A stretch of 64,000 nt of DNA from Eledone cirrhosa (Eukaryota): contig OZ024748.1 of the NCBI GenBank assembly GCA_964016885.1, forward strand, positions 45,570,001-45,634,000, given 5' to 3'. The notes beneath the pieces are model-generated. The model was given only the letters and a program-made list of their open reading frames with translations, did not search any database and was not told the origin of the DNA. Position 1 is the stretch's first letter. The number at the start of each line of letters is the position of its first letter. Below are positions 1 through 14,272 of the stretch, one piece after another. The position numbers and the translations under genes were made by a program.

Positions 1-3000
1 TAACAACAACAACAACAGCAACAGCAACACCACACAAAAAAAGAAAATGTCTTTCGCTGAAACAATAAGATTTTATAAATCTTGACATCTCCAATGCAAG
101 AAATATGCTCCAGGAAGGGAGAAAATGTGTAACTTTCGAAGAGAAGGGTGGATTTAGAAGTAACTCACCCCTTGAAATAAAGGAAGACACAGTTCGAATC
201 AGTCACTTTAGGACTGTGTCCAATTCCACGAGAAAGCCGATATTTGTTAGTCAAGCAGATATAGAAGCTACTTTCAAGGAAATTCTAGCAAATATCGATT
301 TTCTCCAACGAGGAAAACAGTACGGAAGTGTTTCCGTACTGTTTAAAAGCGAGGCACTCGCCCAAAAAACATTCTGTGACGCCAATGTTGTCAAAAGCAT
401 TCGCCTTTTTCCCTACATACATGGGAAAAAGGACACAAAAAATAAAAATAAAAAATATACCTCCAAACATTAATATCTGGTGAATCTTGGCTGGCTTCCT
501 AGAGTCAGAAACTGATATGATTCTTTCGATACGAAAGTCTATTCGACAAAGGTGGGAGGGTACTGATTTGGAGATTCTGTTGCAAATGAGGCCGGAGAAA
601 ATCTCCAAAATACCCGAAAGAGTCGTCATCGATGATAACAACAAAATAAACATTTCGGTATAAGGACCAAAATGTCATTGCTTTCGCTGTGGTAGCACAG
701 CACACCTAAAAGCCTGTCGTCCTTCACAAACACACAACAACAACATCATTAAAAAAACACTATTACCAACACCAAATCAACCACCACCACCACAAGTACA
801 ACGACAGACGAAACGAGCAACCACACCAAAACAAACAGACACTCAACCAACAACAACAGAACAAACAGAGACAACACCCCTGAAGAACACAGCCCCACCG
901 CATCCCACTCCATCAAACACTACCTCAAACACACACACCGAAACACCACCACCACACAACATACCCCTACCCCACACACCTGACGATGATTATTCATCGA
1001 CGGATTAAGCTGCTTCTCCTTCTTTAAGTGAAGAAGTGGGAGATCCGCGGAAATCTAAAAAACAAAAGAAGAGACACCACAAAACCCCCAAAACACCAAT
1101 CACCAACACCAACACAAAACCACAAACACAAACAACAACACAAACAACACCACAGTCAAACATCCCCCTATCAGCAAAACCAATACCACCCCAAACACAA
1201 GCACCTACCATAAAAAGAAAACTCCCGGACGAACAACAAACTAAAACAACACAACAAAAACACAAACAACAATACGCATACATCAACACAACCAACAATA
1301 ATTTGATGGAGGTCATCTCTTAAAACCCCAAGGTGGAGACGGAGGGCAAAACTTTCGTCAAGGTAGAATCGTCTCCACACCTTAAACTTATAAGGGTTTC
1401 TATGGAAACCTATAATGACCTGAAAAATAAATTTTCACAGTAACTGGGCAACCCATGCCAGAAACACATCAACCGCGTCCTGTTAAAATGTTTCCCCATC
1501 CCACCCATCACCCCATCCAGCACCCAAATGGAGATTGAACAACCCGATCTCCAGGAAACGAAAAGGTAAGTGCACCTTTCGCCCTTTTTCTCCAACTCTT
1601 CTTCACCAACATGGCTAGTTTAGGAATTGGAAGCGTGAATGTGCGTGGCCTAGGGATGCCCTGGAAATAGGGCCAACTTTTAAACGACCTTAGGTCACAC
1701 GGTATGGATGTGATAGCCATCACCGAGTCCAGGATCCACAACAGGCAGCAACTAACCCCCATCTTCGACGACTTTGAGATCTATGCATCTCTCTGTCAGC
1801 CAGAAGGTGGGGATGGAGTGGCTGTCATGTTTCGGAAGAACCTGGACGTCGAAGTAGAACAAGTACACTTGGACCCGGAGGGTAGACTGGTAGTCCTAGA
1901 CGTGAATAGTATTGGAGGTGGAACCTTCAGACTGGTGGCCGTTTATGCCCCGACCGGGCAATCGCAATCACGGACAGACTTCTTTAAGCGTCTAGAGTCC
2001 TTTCTGGGAAAGTCTCGCTCCTTACTTTTAGTGGGGGACTGGAATGGTATCCTAGATACACGATGGCACTATGTGGGAGCATGTCCCAGTTGAGCGGGGT
2101 ATAACAGCCTCAAAACTTTAATCGGCCCATTCCAACTGGATTTCCCGACTTCACCACAGAGGACGTAGGCAAACCGCAGCGGGACATCTAGATCGTATTT
2201 AGATATGTTCTTCAATAGAGAAAGGGAAAGGAGATGTTAAGCTGTCCATGAATGCACATGGTTGCCTACTCAGATCACAAATTAGTCCTCTGCTTAGTCA
2301 ACCGTGATAGAACACATAAATAAGGACCCGGATACTGGAAGCTGAACGTGTCGTTGCCGGCACGTAAAGCTTACAGTGAACGGAGAAGTAGACTAGTCAA
2401 AGCAACAGTTAACAGGAGCCATCGTCAACAATAAATGGTGGTACTCTCTCAAGAAAGCAATTAGAATAGAATCGCTAGGGTTTAGCAGAGAGTTAGCCTT
2501 AGTGAAAAACAAACTAGAAAGAGAACTAATAACCAAAGTAGAGGAGGCACTTAGAAGTGGCAATGCGGCTAGAGTGTTAGCGTCGAGAACGGCACTGGAC
2601 CAGTTCTTCGATGCGAAACAGGAAGGCTTCGTGTTCAGAAGCAAAGCACGTGCTCTAGGAAACGAAGGAGCGAAAGCTGTCAGCTGGGCCCGAGTGGCGG
2701 AGGCTAAAAGTGGCAACAAGTCCACGATTCGGTTTTGAAAGACCAAAACAGATGCTTGCTACTTGACCCCAAGCAAATGTGCGGGGCCTTTCAGCAGCAC
2801 TTTGCGCGACTGTTTTAGCAGAACGACGGTGAGCCGAATGGGGAAATGGATTTTAGTTCATACCTCGACGGCCTGCCGCGTCTCTCGCACACGAACGCCG
2901 AGTTCTGCGCTAGGTCAATCACGGACACTGATATACGGGACACTCTGGGCCGCTGCGGGAAACGCAAGTCAACCGGTCTAGATAGTCTACCCTATGAGTT

Positions 3001-5267
3001 TTACATAGGCATGCCGGACTTGTTCTCTGGTGTCCTCGAAGCCGTCTACTGCAATTGGCAGCAAAACGGGAGAATTTCCGGTTCTGCAGGCAAGGGCGTA
3101 GTAACGCTGATCAGGAAAGACAAGAACAAGGGGGAAGATATTAACAACTTCAGGCCCATAACTCTGCTCAACACAGAGTTAAAGATTTTGGCCAAGGTGC
3201 TAGCGACGAGGTTGGCGCTTGTCGTCGAGAACCTGGTAGGGAAAGCGCAAACGTGTTCAATCCTGACCAGGTCCATATATGACAACCTCCACCTCATGCG
3301 ATACATCATAGAGAGGGTGGGTAGTAAACCCGACTTCGGTGGGGATCTGATATATTTGGATCAGTCTAAGGCATTCGATAGGGTTGACCATCAATACTTG
3401 CAAGCGGTTCTCAAGGCGGCCGGTTCCGGTCCCGTGTTCAGAGGCTGGATCGAGGCGATGCACACCAGCATCTGCTCGAGGGTCAAGGTGAACGGCTACC
3501 TACCGGAGCGGTTCGCAATCACGAGTTCCATTCAACAGGGGTGCTCTCTCTCCTCCATTCTGTATGTATTGACTCTAGAGCCACTACTGCGGAAATTGGA
3601 GCTGTTGCAGGGCATTCCTCTAGAACCGGGACTGTGCGAAGCGGCGTCGGCTTATGCTGACGACGTGATGGTAATGGTGTCGAGCACCTCGGAAATCGGG
3701 GTGATCGGCAACTTACTGAAAGAATACGAAACGCTGATGGGAGCAAAACTAATCCCGGACAAGTCTGTCGGTTTGCAACTCGTTACGTGGAGAGGCAAAT
3801 CGATGACGTCCGACAGCGTCGTTGGACGCTGGACGGACGGACCGGTGAAATTGCTCGGGGTCTGGCTCGGTCCAGACCTCCAGGTCGAGAAAAACTGGAA
3901 CGAGGTCACGGCCTAAGTGTTTGCACTCACCCAGAAGTGGGCAGAGTGCAAACTGTCCGTGAAAGGTCAAGCGGAGGTGGCGAACAATTTAATAGCGTCC
4001 GCCATCTACTACCGCTTGACTGTCGTGTCTTGTCCCCATGAATACCTCGCCAAGATGGAACGCATGTTCTTCCAGTTTCTGTGGAAGAAGCAGGCTCCGC
4101 TGGTGAGGAGATCCGTCTGCTGTCAGCACCCTTCTAACGGAGGGCTGGGAATGCCATGGCTGATGATGCGCAAACATGCGCTGAGGCTGCGGCATCTCCA
4201 GGTATTCCTCACCGACCCCCAACCGGTGTGGGCACCGTTTGTGAGACAGGCTTTGCCACAGCTCGTCTCGCTGACAGAGCTGCAGTCCTGAATCAAGAAA
4301 AGACCGAAAACTATTGGCGCCTGGCACATTGAATGCGTTCATGCGCTCACAGTCCTCTGGCAAGCGGGCGCATTAATCAGTGGAGACTCCACTTCAACAT
4401 TCTATAGAGGGATTGTACGTTACAAGGGCGATGACGTGCTCGGAGAGACTCTGGGCGTCGAAGACGATGAGCTCACCAGTCTGTTTGGCAGGACTTTCCG
4501 CCCGGGACTTATGAACAACTTCCAGAGGTCCCTGGCCTGGCAGTGCTACCGAGGAGCTCTACCGGTTCGTGACAATATCTACAGGCACGGATGCCCCGGC
4601 AGGGATCCTTCCAAGAGGACGTGTCCAAGATGCGCGCAGGACATTGAAACAGTCCTGCACACAATTGTACACTGCCCGGGCGTAACCGACCTGTGGAACT
4701 ATGCTGAACAACTGCTGTCGCGTATGGGACAAATCCAGTTGATTGCGGAGTACATAGTAAGGATCAAACCGCCAGCCTCTTTCAAAAACGAAAGAGAGGC
4801 GGTTTTCCTCTGTACGGTGACTAGAGTGAAAGAAGTTATATGGTGGATGAGATTGAGAGGACTGAGGACAGATGTCTTTCTCTCCGGACAACAATTGATT
4901 CCCTTCTTTAAGTATCACTTTAGAAGGAGAATCAGAGTGGAGAGAGAGGCACTGCACCCCAGTAAATTTACTGAAAGGTGGGTGAATGAAGCGAAAATGG
5001 CCCGAGTGATTGGGCCTTCTCTGTTGAGAAGCCTGTAGGTTGAAGAAGAGAGCAAAAGGAAGAAAGGAGCCCTTGCACAACACGCTCCTGGAGTTGAGGG
5101 TTGTTCTATCTACGGGGTATTAAACAACCCATTTGTTTCGCTTCCCCCTATTGGTGATTTCGATTTTTGTAATTGTTTATTTTTATATTTTTTACACGAC
5201 TGTATGTAAAATCCCCGGCATGCCTTTGTGTTGTCCCCTTTTCTTGTGCGCCCTTGTGGCAAATAAA
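1..5267 (+). mobile_element. Tx1-clade non-LTR retrotransposon (family 1), degenerate, 5' end outside the window
   Basis: ORF1 remnant with zinc-knuckle-like CFRCGSTAHLKAC. ORF2 remnant with APE motifs (NVRGL, GDWN), RT motifs (FRPITLLN, KAFDRV, QG.SLS, YADD) and C-terminal CPRC..ETVLH..C. Ends AAATAAA then (TCTA)n. Confidence 0.92.
1611..5038 (+). pseudogene. Tx1 ORF2 (APE-RT-zinc finger), disrupted by stops and frameshifts
   Basis: ORF pieces 1704-2093, 2502-2738, 2846-3916, 3917-4291 and 4436-5038 are collinear parts of one L1/Tx1-type ORF2 starting at ATG 1611. Confidence 0.9.
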
Positions 5268-5422
5268 TCTATCTATCTATCTATCAATCTATCTATCTAT
5301 CTATCTATCTATCTATATATCTATCTATCTATCTATCTATCTATCTAACTATCTATCTATCTATCTATCTCTGTATGTATCTATCTATCTATCTATCTAT
5401 TTATCTATGTGTTTGTCTATCT
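5268..5422. repeat. (CTAT)n microsatellite at the Tx1 3' junction
   Basis: Read directly. Confidence 0.97.
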
Positions 5423-5840
5423 AACTCCATCTTTCTATAACTTTATCTCATTCTGACACATTCTTCGCAAATAAAGACATATACGTACACACAAAACAAA
5501 ATAAAAATCTACACTCACATTGAAATACCCATGGGCAATAATACATGAACCCCCCCCCCCAGTCCCCCCACGCACACAAACACACAAACACACAAACACA
5601 CACAGTGGTGAATAAAAGAATAAAAGAAAGAGAAAAGCTAACATTTCACAGGTGAATGGAGACGATTACGGAATTTTCTGTGAAGCTTTCTTGTTGTTGT
5701 TTATAGAATTACGAAAAGGTGAAGTCAGTTTTTATTAGAAATCGAACTTAGAATATAACAGAATGATATTTAGTGAGGCATTGATAAAGGACAATAAATC
5801 TTAATATATTTAATACGAAGCATTGTAATATATATAATTA

Positions 5841-6007
5841 TTTCTACTTTTGGCACAAGGCCAGCCAGTGCATTTCTGGTATTTCATTTTATTTAACCCA
5901 TAAGGATGAAAGGCAAAGTTAACCTAGGTGGGATTTGAATTCAGAACGTAAAGGACCGTAAATCTATGCCCCAAAGCATGGTGTCCATCCCTCTACCGAT
6001 ACTGCCA
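5841..6007 (-). mobile_element. tRNA-derived SINE (family S1)
   Basis: Reverse complement of the recurring unit GGCAGTATCGGTAGAG..GAGTTCAAATCC..GCCTTTCATCCTTACGGGGTCGATAAAATAAAGTACCAG..GGCCTTGTGCCAAAAGTAGAAAC. It has A/B-box-like motifs and a central domain resembling the Meta/MESC SINE domain. Confidence 0.8.
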
Positions 6008-6499
6008 TCACCACCACAACTACCACTATCACTACAAACACTATTAACACCACCATGGCCTACCATCATTGCCACCAGAAACAACAAGAATACTACCACC
6101 AATAATACAAACAACACCATCACAACTATTACCACCACAACCACAACTACTGCCAATGCTCCAAAGCATGGTGTCCAACCCTCTACCGATAGTGCCAATT
6201 CACCGCTATTTTAATATATGTAATAAAGAAATTATATGTTTCAGAAAGTCAGTAGAATGTGGGAGAAATATATAAAGGGCAAATGATGACAAATAAAACA
6301 AAATAAAGTAATGTTTTACCCAGTATATTTCAATATATTTAGAGAATAATTTACTCTTTTCAAATGTGAAATGGAAAAGGTTCAAAACCAAAACGAACGA
6401 TCGATGTGTACTTCTCTGACTTATCTACGTGTCTGAAATCCGCATGCGTGGAGCTGTTATACTAGCCAATTTGCTTCGTGTTTTTCTAATATATTATTT

Positions 6500-6862
6500 A
6501 TTGGATTGGCCGTAACTCTATGCTTTGACGCATAGAGTTACGGCCCTTGCCATTCTGAGTTCAAATCCCACCGAGGTTAACTTTGCCTTTCATCCTTATG
6601 GGGTCGATAAAATAAAGTACCAGTAATACACTGGGTAATTGCTGGCCTTGTGCCAAAAGTAGAAACAATTATTTATTGGATTGGCAGTATCGGTAGAGGG
6701 TCGGACGCCATGCGTTGCAGCAAAGAGTTACGGCACTTTATGGTCTGTGTTCAAATCCTGCCGAGGTTAACTTTGCTTATCATCCTTACGGGGGTCGAGA
6801 AGATAAAGTACCAGTAATGTACTTGGATAATTGCTGGCTTTGTGCGAAAAGTAGAAACGATT
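6500..6862 (+). mobile_element. Two tandem S1 SINEs (about 6500-6670 and 6677-6862)
   Basis: Same unit twice, head to tail. Confidence 0.85.
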
Positions 6863-8414
6863 ATTTATATGTAGTCGTTGTTTGGTGATGATAATAACCT
6901 CTTTGATTCTTAAATTTCTCACATTCCTTTCCATCGCTTCTATGGTGAACTCAATGTCAATAATCTTTAATGCAGTTAGAAGTTAATAGCTGATGAGACG
7001 TAGAGAAATACAACTGAAAGACGTCTCTGTTCGGTATTATACCTATTCTGTTGATCCTTCGTCTTCGAGACAGTACTAGTGTTAAATTCTGGGAATGTAT
7101 GTTGAAACAATTCCTGTTAGGCTTGCTAATCTCAAAACAGCACCATTTTCTTATTTTCTTTACCGCTCTACTAATTTCTCCAAGCCAATAACATTCAGTT
7201 CGTCACTCAACTGATTCTATCAAATTAATCGAATCGATTACACTAAATTGCAGTGACATTGTTTTCAATTTGCTTCTTTTTTGTGTTCCGCTTGCCTTGA
7301 GAGACAATCATGAAGAGTACACCATACGTTCACTAACTTGTGATGTTGCAGCGCCTGTTGTGGTTGAACAATCATGTTTTAGTAGGTCGAACTCTGTTAA
7401 ATCAACTGTATTTGAATTCTACGCCTGTCACTGTGGACGTATGTATGGTTCTGCAAATCCCGTGGGAGTCGTTGTGGCCCTGTATTGACATACGGTGTTT
7501 CTAGGGCACGTTTTGTTTAAAAAACTGGTGGAGCCCATCTCCTCTCCAGGTCTGAATATAGCAGATATCTTTCCACAAAATGAACTAGAGTGAGTGATGG
7601 ATGGAAGTGAGCAAGCGATACAGGGGACAAATCATTCCCAGTATTAAACTGGTATTTTCTTTATCGACCTTGAATGGTTGAAAGGTAAAACGGAGCGCAA
7701 TTTCCTGATTTGTATTTCTGCTAATGTCTATACATTTGATGGGCATAGATGAGACAAAGCTGCCGCGTCACTCACAGGAAACTGGACAGAGGTTTATCAT
7801 GAAACAACAATAGCCAGGAAAATTCCCCAACACACCGAGGTCTATTATGGTGGCTAACATCTACAGCTGCTATGATCATAGTTCTTATTTAAACTACAGT
7901 GACACTTACACGATGCTGGTCAGAGTAACCTCTCTTAGGACAAAAGCTAGATTCATCAAAGCCCGAAACGATATGTTGCTAACATCTACTTAGCACTGGC
8001 ATAAAATACTATTAATCAAACGAAAGATTTTAAACGAAAAAACTAAATATAACTCACAATTTCAATAGTTGATTCCTGGTAATTAATAGGAATCAAACTG
8101 AAGCCTTAGTTCTTAGTTGTCTATTTATACAATTTATATAATTATTTCTCTTTCTATGTATTTTAAATATATATTTTGTGTGAGATTTGGTGAAACACAG
8201 CCGTTAATTACTATCTTCCAAATGCAAATCATCGAATAATTATATTTCTAGAGTCAAGTGGAATAAAGAGGTGTTTTTAACGAGATGCAGCAAAAATTCC
8301 ATAAAAATAACGTTCGATATGCATTAAAGTTTAGGTTTACGCACCGACATTTACATATTTTACCGAAATATACACCAGGGAACACTACACCCCCTCAGAC
8401 ATATATATATATAT

Positions 8415-8441
8415 CCTAACCCTAACCCTAACCATAACCCT
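8415..8441. repeat. Short interstitial (CCCTAA)n-like tract
   Basis: cctaaccctaaccctaaccataaccct. Confidence 0.7.
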
Positions 8442-8602
8442 GACTCTGTCATTACAATAGCAGAGGTCCGATTGTCTTTGATTCCGAAGTCGCGCCAGAC
8501 GATAAAGGTCGAACCTTGAACTGATCAATAACGAAACGCACGTCACCAATCAATAAACGTAATGAAGGCTTAATCAATTGTCCTTGTATCATTATTATTA
8601 AT

Positions 8603-8641
<39 letters not shown>

Positions 8642-8644
<3 letters not shown>

Positions 8645-8905
8645 CGTTTCTGAATTTGTTTAGCAAGATTCTTTATCGGAAAACGTGTGTTGAAACCGAT
8701 ATTGTTATACTTTGGGAGGGTCATGTTGCCAATAAGAAACACACGCACCAGATGCTTTCACTTCAATTTATTATAATAAATTTATAAATTTAGGAATTTA
8801 TAAATTTCCGGTTGGTTAGTTGGTTCCACAACCAGATGATTGTTTATATATTGTCAAAGTTCTTTCGTCACAATTCTGTGACCTCTTCAGTGACTGTGGA
8901 TTCTT
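8642..8905 (-). mobile_element. Probable PLE terminal remnant next to (TA)n, with a degenerate hammerhead-like motif
   Basis: Homologous, in opposite orientation, to 51480-51778. Minus strand reads GTCA-CTGAAGA-GGTCACA-GAAT-TGTGAC-GAAA-GAACTT-TGAC. Confidence 0.55.
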
Positions 8906-8907
8906 AA

Positions 8908-8939
<32 letters not shown>

Positions 8940-8946
8940 GTATCTA

Positions 8947-9028
<82 letters not shown>

Positions 9029-9035
9029 CACACAT

Positions 9036-9105
<70 letters not shown>

Positions 9106-9269
9106 ACATATATGTATATATATATATACACACACACACACAGGCACGCGCGTACACAGTGGCATAATGTGCGTTTACACATATTCATGAACGATTTACT
9201 TCCACACAGTCTCTGTCAACCAAATGACATTAGCAACAGGATAGGCCCTCCCACCGTGGACAAACCAGG

Positions 9270-9598
<329 letters not shown>

Positions 9599-9813
9599 TC
9601 ATAATTTTTTTTTTTTTTTTTTAGTCCAGAATTAGCCGTCGAAACAATAAATTAAGAATATCTTAAAGTAAGAATATTTTCGAAACAGCGAGTGGGTTTG
9701 AAATTATTAGAAATGCGTCAATACTCATCTTTTTCCATTTCTCTGAGGGTTCTTAACCCCACTATCAGGCTAAATAATTTCTTTAATTTCTTTAGTCAAA
9801 ATACGGCGATAGA

Positions 9814-9860
<47 letters not shown>

Positions 9861-9864
<4 letters not shown>

Positions 9865-10461
9865 CTTTCACCGTATTTTAGACTAAAGAAATTTGTAGCC
9901 TGATAGTGGGGTTTATAACCCTCGGAGAAATGGAAAAAAGATGAGTGTTGCCGTACATGGGAGTCGAACCCACATCTTTGGTTATCCAGACCACTGTGCT
10001 ACCATTATACCAATACACATCCCGTCTCCTTCCATTCGAATTAGAAGCTATGAACTTAGCAATAATTTCTAATTTCTAATTTCTAATTTATTTCTAATTT
10101 CTAATTTCTAATTTCAAACTCGCGCACCGTTTCAAAAACATACTTACATGTTTACGTTTATAATTTGCTTGTTTATCATTCACTTGCTAAGTTCATAGCT
10201 TCTAATTCGAATGGAAGGAGATGGGATGTGTATTGGTGTAATGGTGGCACAGTGGTCTGGATAACCAAAGATGTGGGTTCGACTCCCATGTACGGCAACA
10301 CTCATCTTTTTCCATTTCTCCGAGGGTTATAAACCCCACTATCAGGCTAGAAATTTCTTTAGTCTAAAATACGGTGAAAGCTTATAGTTTCTAATTTCTA
10401 ATTTCAAACTCGCGCACCGTTTCAAAAACATACTTACATGTTTACGTTTATCATTTGCTTG
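9861..10461 (+). mobile_element. Non-autonomous element with PLE-like layout inv(A)-B-A-B and an internal tRNA-like module
   Basis: 9861-10062 is the inverted copy of 10184-10384. Tail B (tttctaa repeats...caaactcgcgcaccgtttcaaaaacatacttacatg) occurs at about 10065-10172 and 10386-10461. Flanked by (TA)n. Related fragments at 9645-9815 and 42760-42855. Confidence 0.7.
10227..10297 (+). other. tRNA-like cloverleaf with Pol III A/B boxes (mirror copy at 9949-10019 on -)
   Basis: A box TGGTGTAATGGT; D stem GTGT/GCAC; anticodon-like stem TGGT/ACCA; T arm GTGGG-TTCGACT-CCCAT; weak acceptor stem; T5 run just downstream. Probably a pseudo-tRNA rather than a functional tRNA. Confidence 0.65.
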
Positions 10462-10573
10462 TATATATATATATATATATATAAATATGTATATATATAA
10501 GTATATATATATATGTATATATATAAAATAAAGTAAAATAAAGTCAAATGTTTAAAATTTGGCTTCGTTTATT

Positions 10574-10628
10574 ACTGCTATATATATTTCGGTGACAGCC
10601 ATCTTTGGCTGTGACCTCTTCAGGCAGT
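10574..10628 (-). ncRNA. Type I minimal hammerhead ribozyme motif
   Basis: ACTGC-CTGAAGA-GGTCACAGCC-AAAGAT-GGCTGTCACC-GAAA-TATATA-TA-GCAGT: stem I, core, stem II and palindromic helix III all present. Confidence 0.85.
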
Positions 10629-10693
10629 CCGATTTAGTGTGGTATAGACAAGTACATATGTTGTTCAGGTATACAACCAACATATACTTAAAA

Positions 10694-10735
<42 letters not shown>

Positions 10736-10758
10736 AATATATATATATATAAATATAA

Positions 10759-10838
<80 letters not shown>

Positions 10839-11501
10839 ATGCATATAGGTATGTAATATACATTTATGTACGTATCTCTCTCCCTCCCTCTCTCTCTTTC
10901 TTGCTCTCTCTCTCGCTCTCTCTCTCTATATATATATATATACACACACACACAAACACAAACACACACATAAATATATATACATATATACGTTTATGTA
11001 TATGTGTGTGTGTGGTTTTATCTGTGTCTATACGTATCTATGAATACATTTTCTCACCTGAAGTATCGCTCGTAGCGTGAAGAAACACTTCTATGTACTC
11101 GCTCACACGTCGTAATTTTATATCAACGACAAGCCCCATTATAACTACTTCGTATTTCTGAATCGTTAACTAAAAGTAATATTAACTTACCAATCCTGTA
11201 TAAGATATATTGCAACAGGGATATAGAATCATGTCACGTACAATTAGTGTCTTCGGAAAACACGTGGAAAAAGATTTCATGGAATAAAACGGTAAACATA
11301 CGTCAGTTTGTCACCATCAAAGAAATCTGTCAATTGTAAAACTATATATATTTCTTCACCTCCTGACTTTCTCTCTATATAATTCAGATTCAAATCCCAT
11401 TGTTGACATTTTAAATCCATATAGGCTAACCTTTCTTGACTGGTATTAAATCCTATATAATCGCTAAACGTTGTAGTCTTCTACTACACAATTTGAGTCA
11501 T

Positions 11502-11690
11502 TGGTGCATTGCCAGTATCGGTAGAGGGTCTGACGCCATGCTTTGTAGCATCGACTTATGGCCCTTTATGATATGAGTTCAAATCTCGCCGAGGTTAACT
11601 TTTCCTTTCATCCCTACGGGGTCGATGAAATAAAGTACTAGTAATGTACTGGGATAATTGCTGGCCTTGTGCCAAAAGTAGAAACAATTA
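11502..11690 (+). mobile_element. S1 SINE
   Basis: Full unit match. Confidence 0.85.
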
Positions 11691-12428
11691 TTTCCAACCG
11701 TTTCTCTGGAGCTGTTCAATTTTCTATCTAGATATCCTTCACTATTTTAAAATATTCCATGTAACCACGACTCCATGTTCTCTAATAATCATTCTCTCTG
11801 ACTGTTTACCATTTTCTCTTTATCTCTCTCATTCTGTTTCTCATCCCCTTATATGTCCTTCTGTCGCCTTCTCTTTTTCCAGTTTTCTAGACGTATCTAA
11901 ACTTACAGTGTAAAGAAATTAATCCTCCTTCGGAGAACCCTTTTACCATTTATTCCTTCAAAAGAGATACATGATACTCCAGTCAAGCACGGGCCTTGAT
12001 TTCTCCAATTACTACTCCTGCTAGCTCCCACTCAGTTTTTGTCTCATCGCATCTCAGAATAGACCAGATGAAAAGACTAACAAAGACATCTTGAAATTGC
12101 AGCCCCCGTTTATTATTTCCCCATCTTTCAGTATATGCAACAAGAGATACCTCACGTTGACTGCCGTTACCTTCAGCTATCTCACGTGATCTTCAGTAAC
12201 TCACTTCAACTCCTGCTATCCCACTACTTCTCCCGTCAACTCACATCATCTTACATCATCTCACATCATCTCACGTCATCTCACGCTACTTCCAGTCAGG
12301 CTATCTCGTAATAGCATTACATTGCTCTCATGTCATCAGACTAACCGTCATTGAAGCGAGGTTATACATATATATATATACAGTAATAATAAATGTGAGG
12401 ACTAAAATCCGAAGAGGGCTCGATAAAG

Positions 12429-12740
<312 letters not shown>

Positions 12741-13144
12741 CCATCCTCGTTCCATCTTTGGATGCCTTACTGGCTGGCATGTTACGCAATTTGGAGTGTA
12801 GCTTTCGTATTCCCAGAAACCAATCGAAGATATTTATATAATTGTTTCTACTTTTGGCAGAAGGCCACCAATTACCAGTGCATTACTGGTACATTTATAT
12901 ATATATATATATGTATAATATCTATCGTTCAGGTACAGGTTCATCATTAACCTGTTTGTATTTTCGTTATTGTAGTGGTTAGGTGGCAACGTGTCTCAGG
13001 TCCCATTTTTAACTGTGTCACACCCCTAAAGTAATGTTATTACTCTGAGATATAATTTATTGTTTTATAGATATCACCTCATTGAGTGCTTGTGCCAGCC
13101 GCAGAAGATTGATTTCGAAACTGCTAATCGCAGTTGCAACTTTG

Positions 13145-13195
<51 letters not shown>

Positions 13196-13196
13196 A

Positions 13197-13331
13197 GCAA
13201 ACAAAGAAAATGTGGCAAGGAACCAGATGGACACGCCAGAGTACTTGATACTTAAAGTATTAGAGTGGGTAATAGGAAAAGAGTCAGGAACCGAGGACTG
13301 AGCACCGGCCGTTTCGAGAGCTAGATCCGAA

Positions 13332-13335
<4 letters not shown>
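13197..13335 (-). mobile_element. PLE-like terminal remnant (family shared with 22057-22175, 44138-44330, 50843-50980)
   Basis: Shared tgtgg(c/t)aaggaaccagatgg..agtact..gagtgggtaatagga segment; embedded in (TA)n. Confidence 0.55.
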
Positions 13336-13430
<95 letters not shown>

Positions 13431-13438
13431 ATATATAT

Positions 13439-13515
<77 letters not shown>

Positions 13516-13630
13516 ACTCTGCCATGTATTGAGTACCTTACTTACTGTGGTTATCCCCGACTCAACCCGGGACCTACGTATATATATATATATATATATA
13601 CAAATATATATCACTTCTACTAACATGTTA

Positions 13631-13751
<121 letters not shown>

Positions 13752-13841
13752 TCTTACAAACATGCTACAGAAACAATATAATTAATTGTGGAACACCATC
13801 TCTTTCCACCGACATATCTACCACAGACACTCCCCATCCTT

Positions 13842-13892
<51 letters not shown>

Positions 13893-13900
<8 letters not shown>

Positions 13901-14230
13901 TATAAATAAAATAGATGTTCTTTTGATCAATTACATTTTATTATACATATTTCGGATGTACAACAGTACGTCCTCATCAGACAAAATATAATGATACATG
14001 ACATACCCTGAGATGTTAAATGGATAAGATTTAATCAAGGTAGTGATTAAACGACGTACTGTTGTACATCCGAAATATGTATAATAAAATGTAATTGATC
14101 AAAAGAACATCTATTTTATTAATATTTACATTTTAATATTAATAACTCCGGCAAATTATTTTCTCGTAGAGTGCTTCGAATCTACTGTAAAATTCATTCT
14201 TTTACGTACTCATTGAATATTGTTTAACAC

Positions 14231-14234
<4 letters not shown>
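13893..14234. mobile_element. Fold-back PLE-type remnant in (TA)n
   Basis: 13905-13972 is inverted at 14053-14120; a unique tail with GAGTGCT (14169) runs to the (TA)n. Confidence 0.75.
13931..13991 (-). ncRNA. Type I hammerhead ribozyme motif
   Basis: TTATATTTTGT-CTGATGA-GGACGTAC-TGTT-GTACATCC-GAAA-TATGTA-TA-ATAAAATGTAA. Confidence 0.85.

Positions 14235-14265
<31 letters not shown>

Positions 14266-14272
<7 letters not shown>

Noticed and set aside
6985-7030. CTGATGA followed by a GACGT/ACGTC stem
   Set aside because: No GAAA after stem II and no stem I partner; not a hammerhead.
8415-8441. Telomere or chromosome fusion site
   Set aside because: Only about four imperfect CCCTAA units; more likely part of a dispersed repeat.
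10227-10297. Functional tRNA gene
   Set aside because: Acceptor stem is weak and the sequence is duplicated within a repeat; reported as tRNA-like only.
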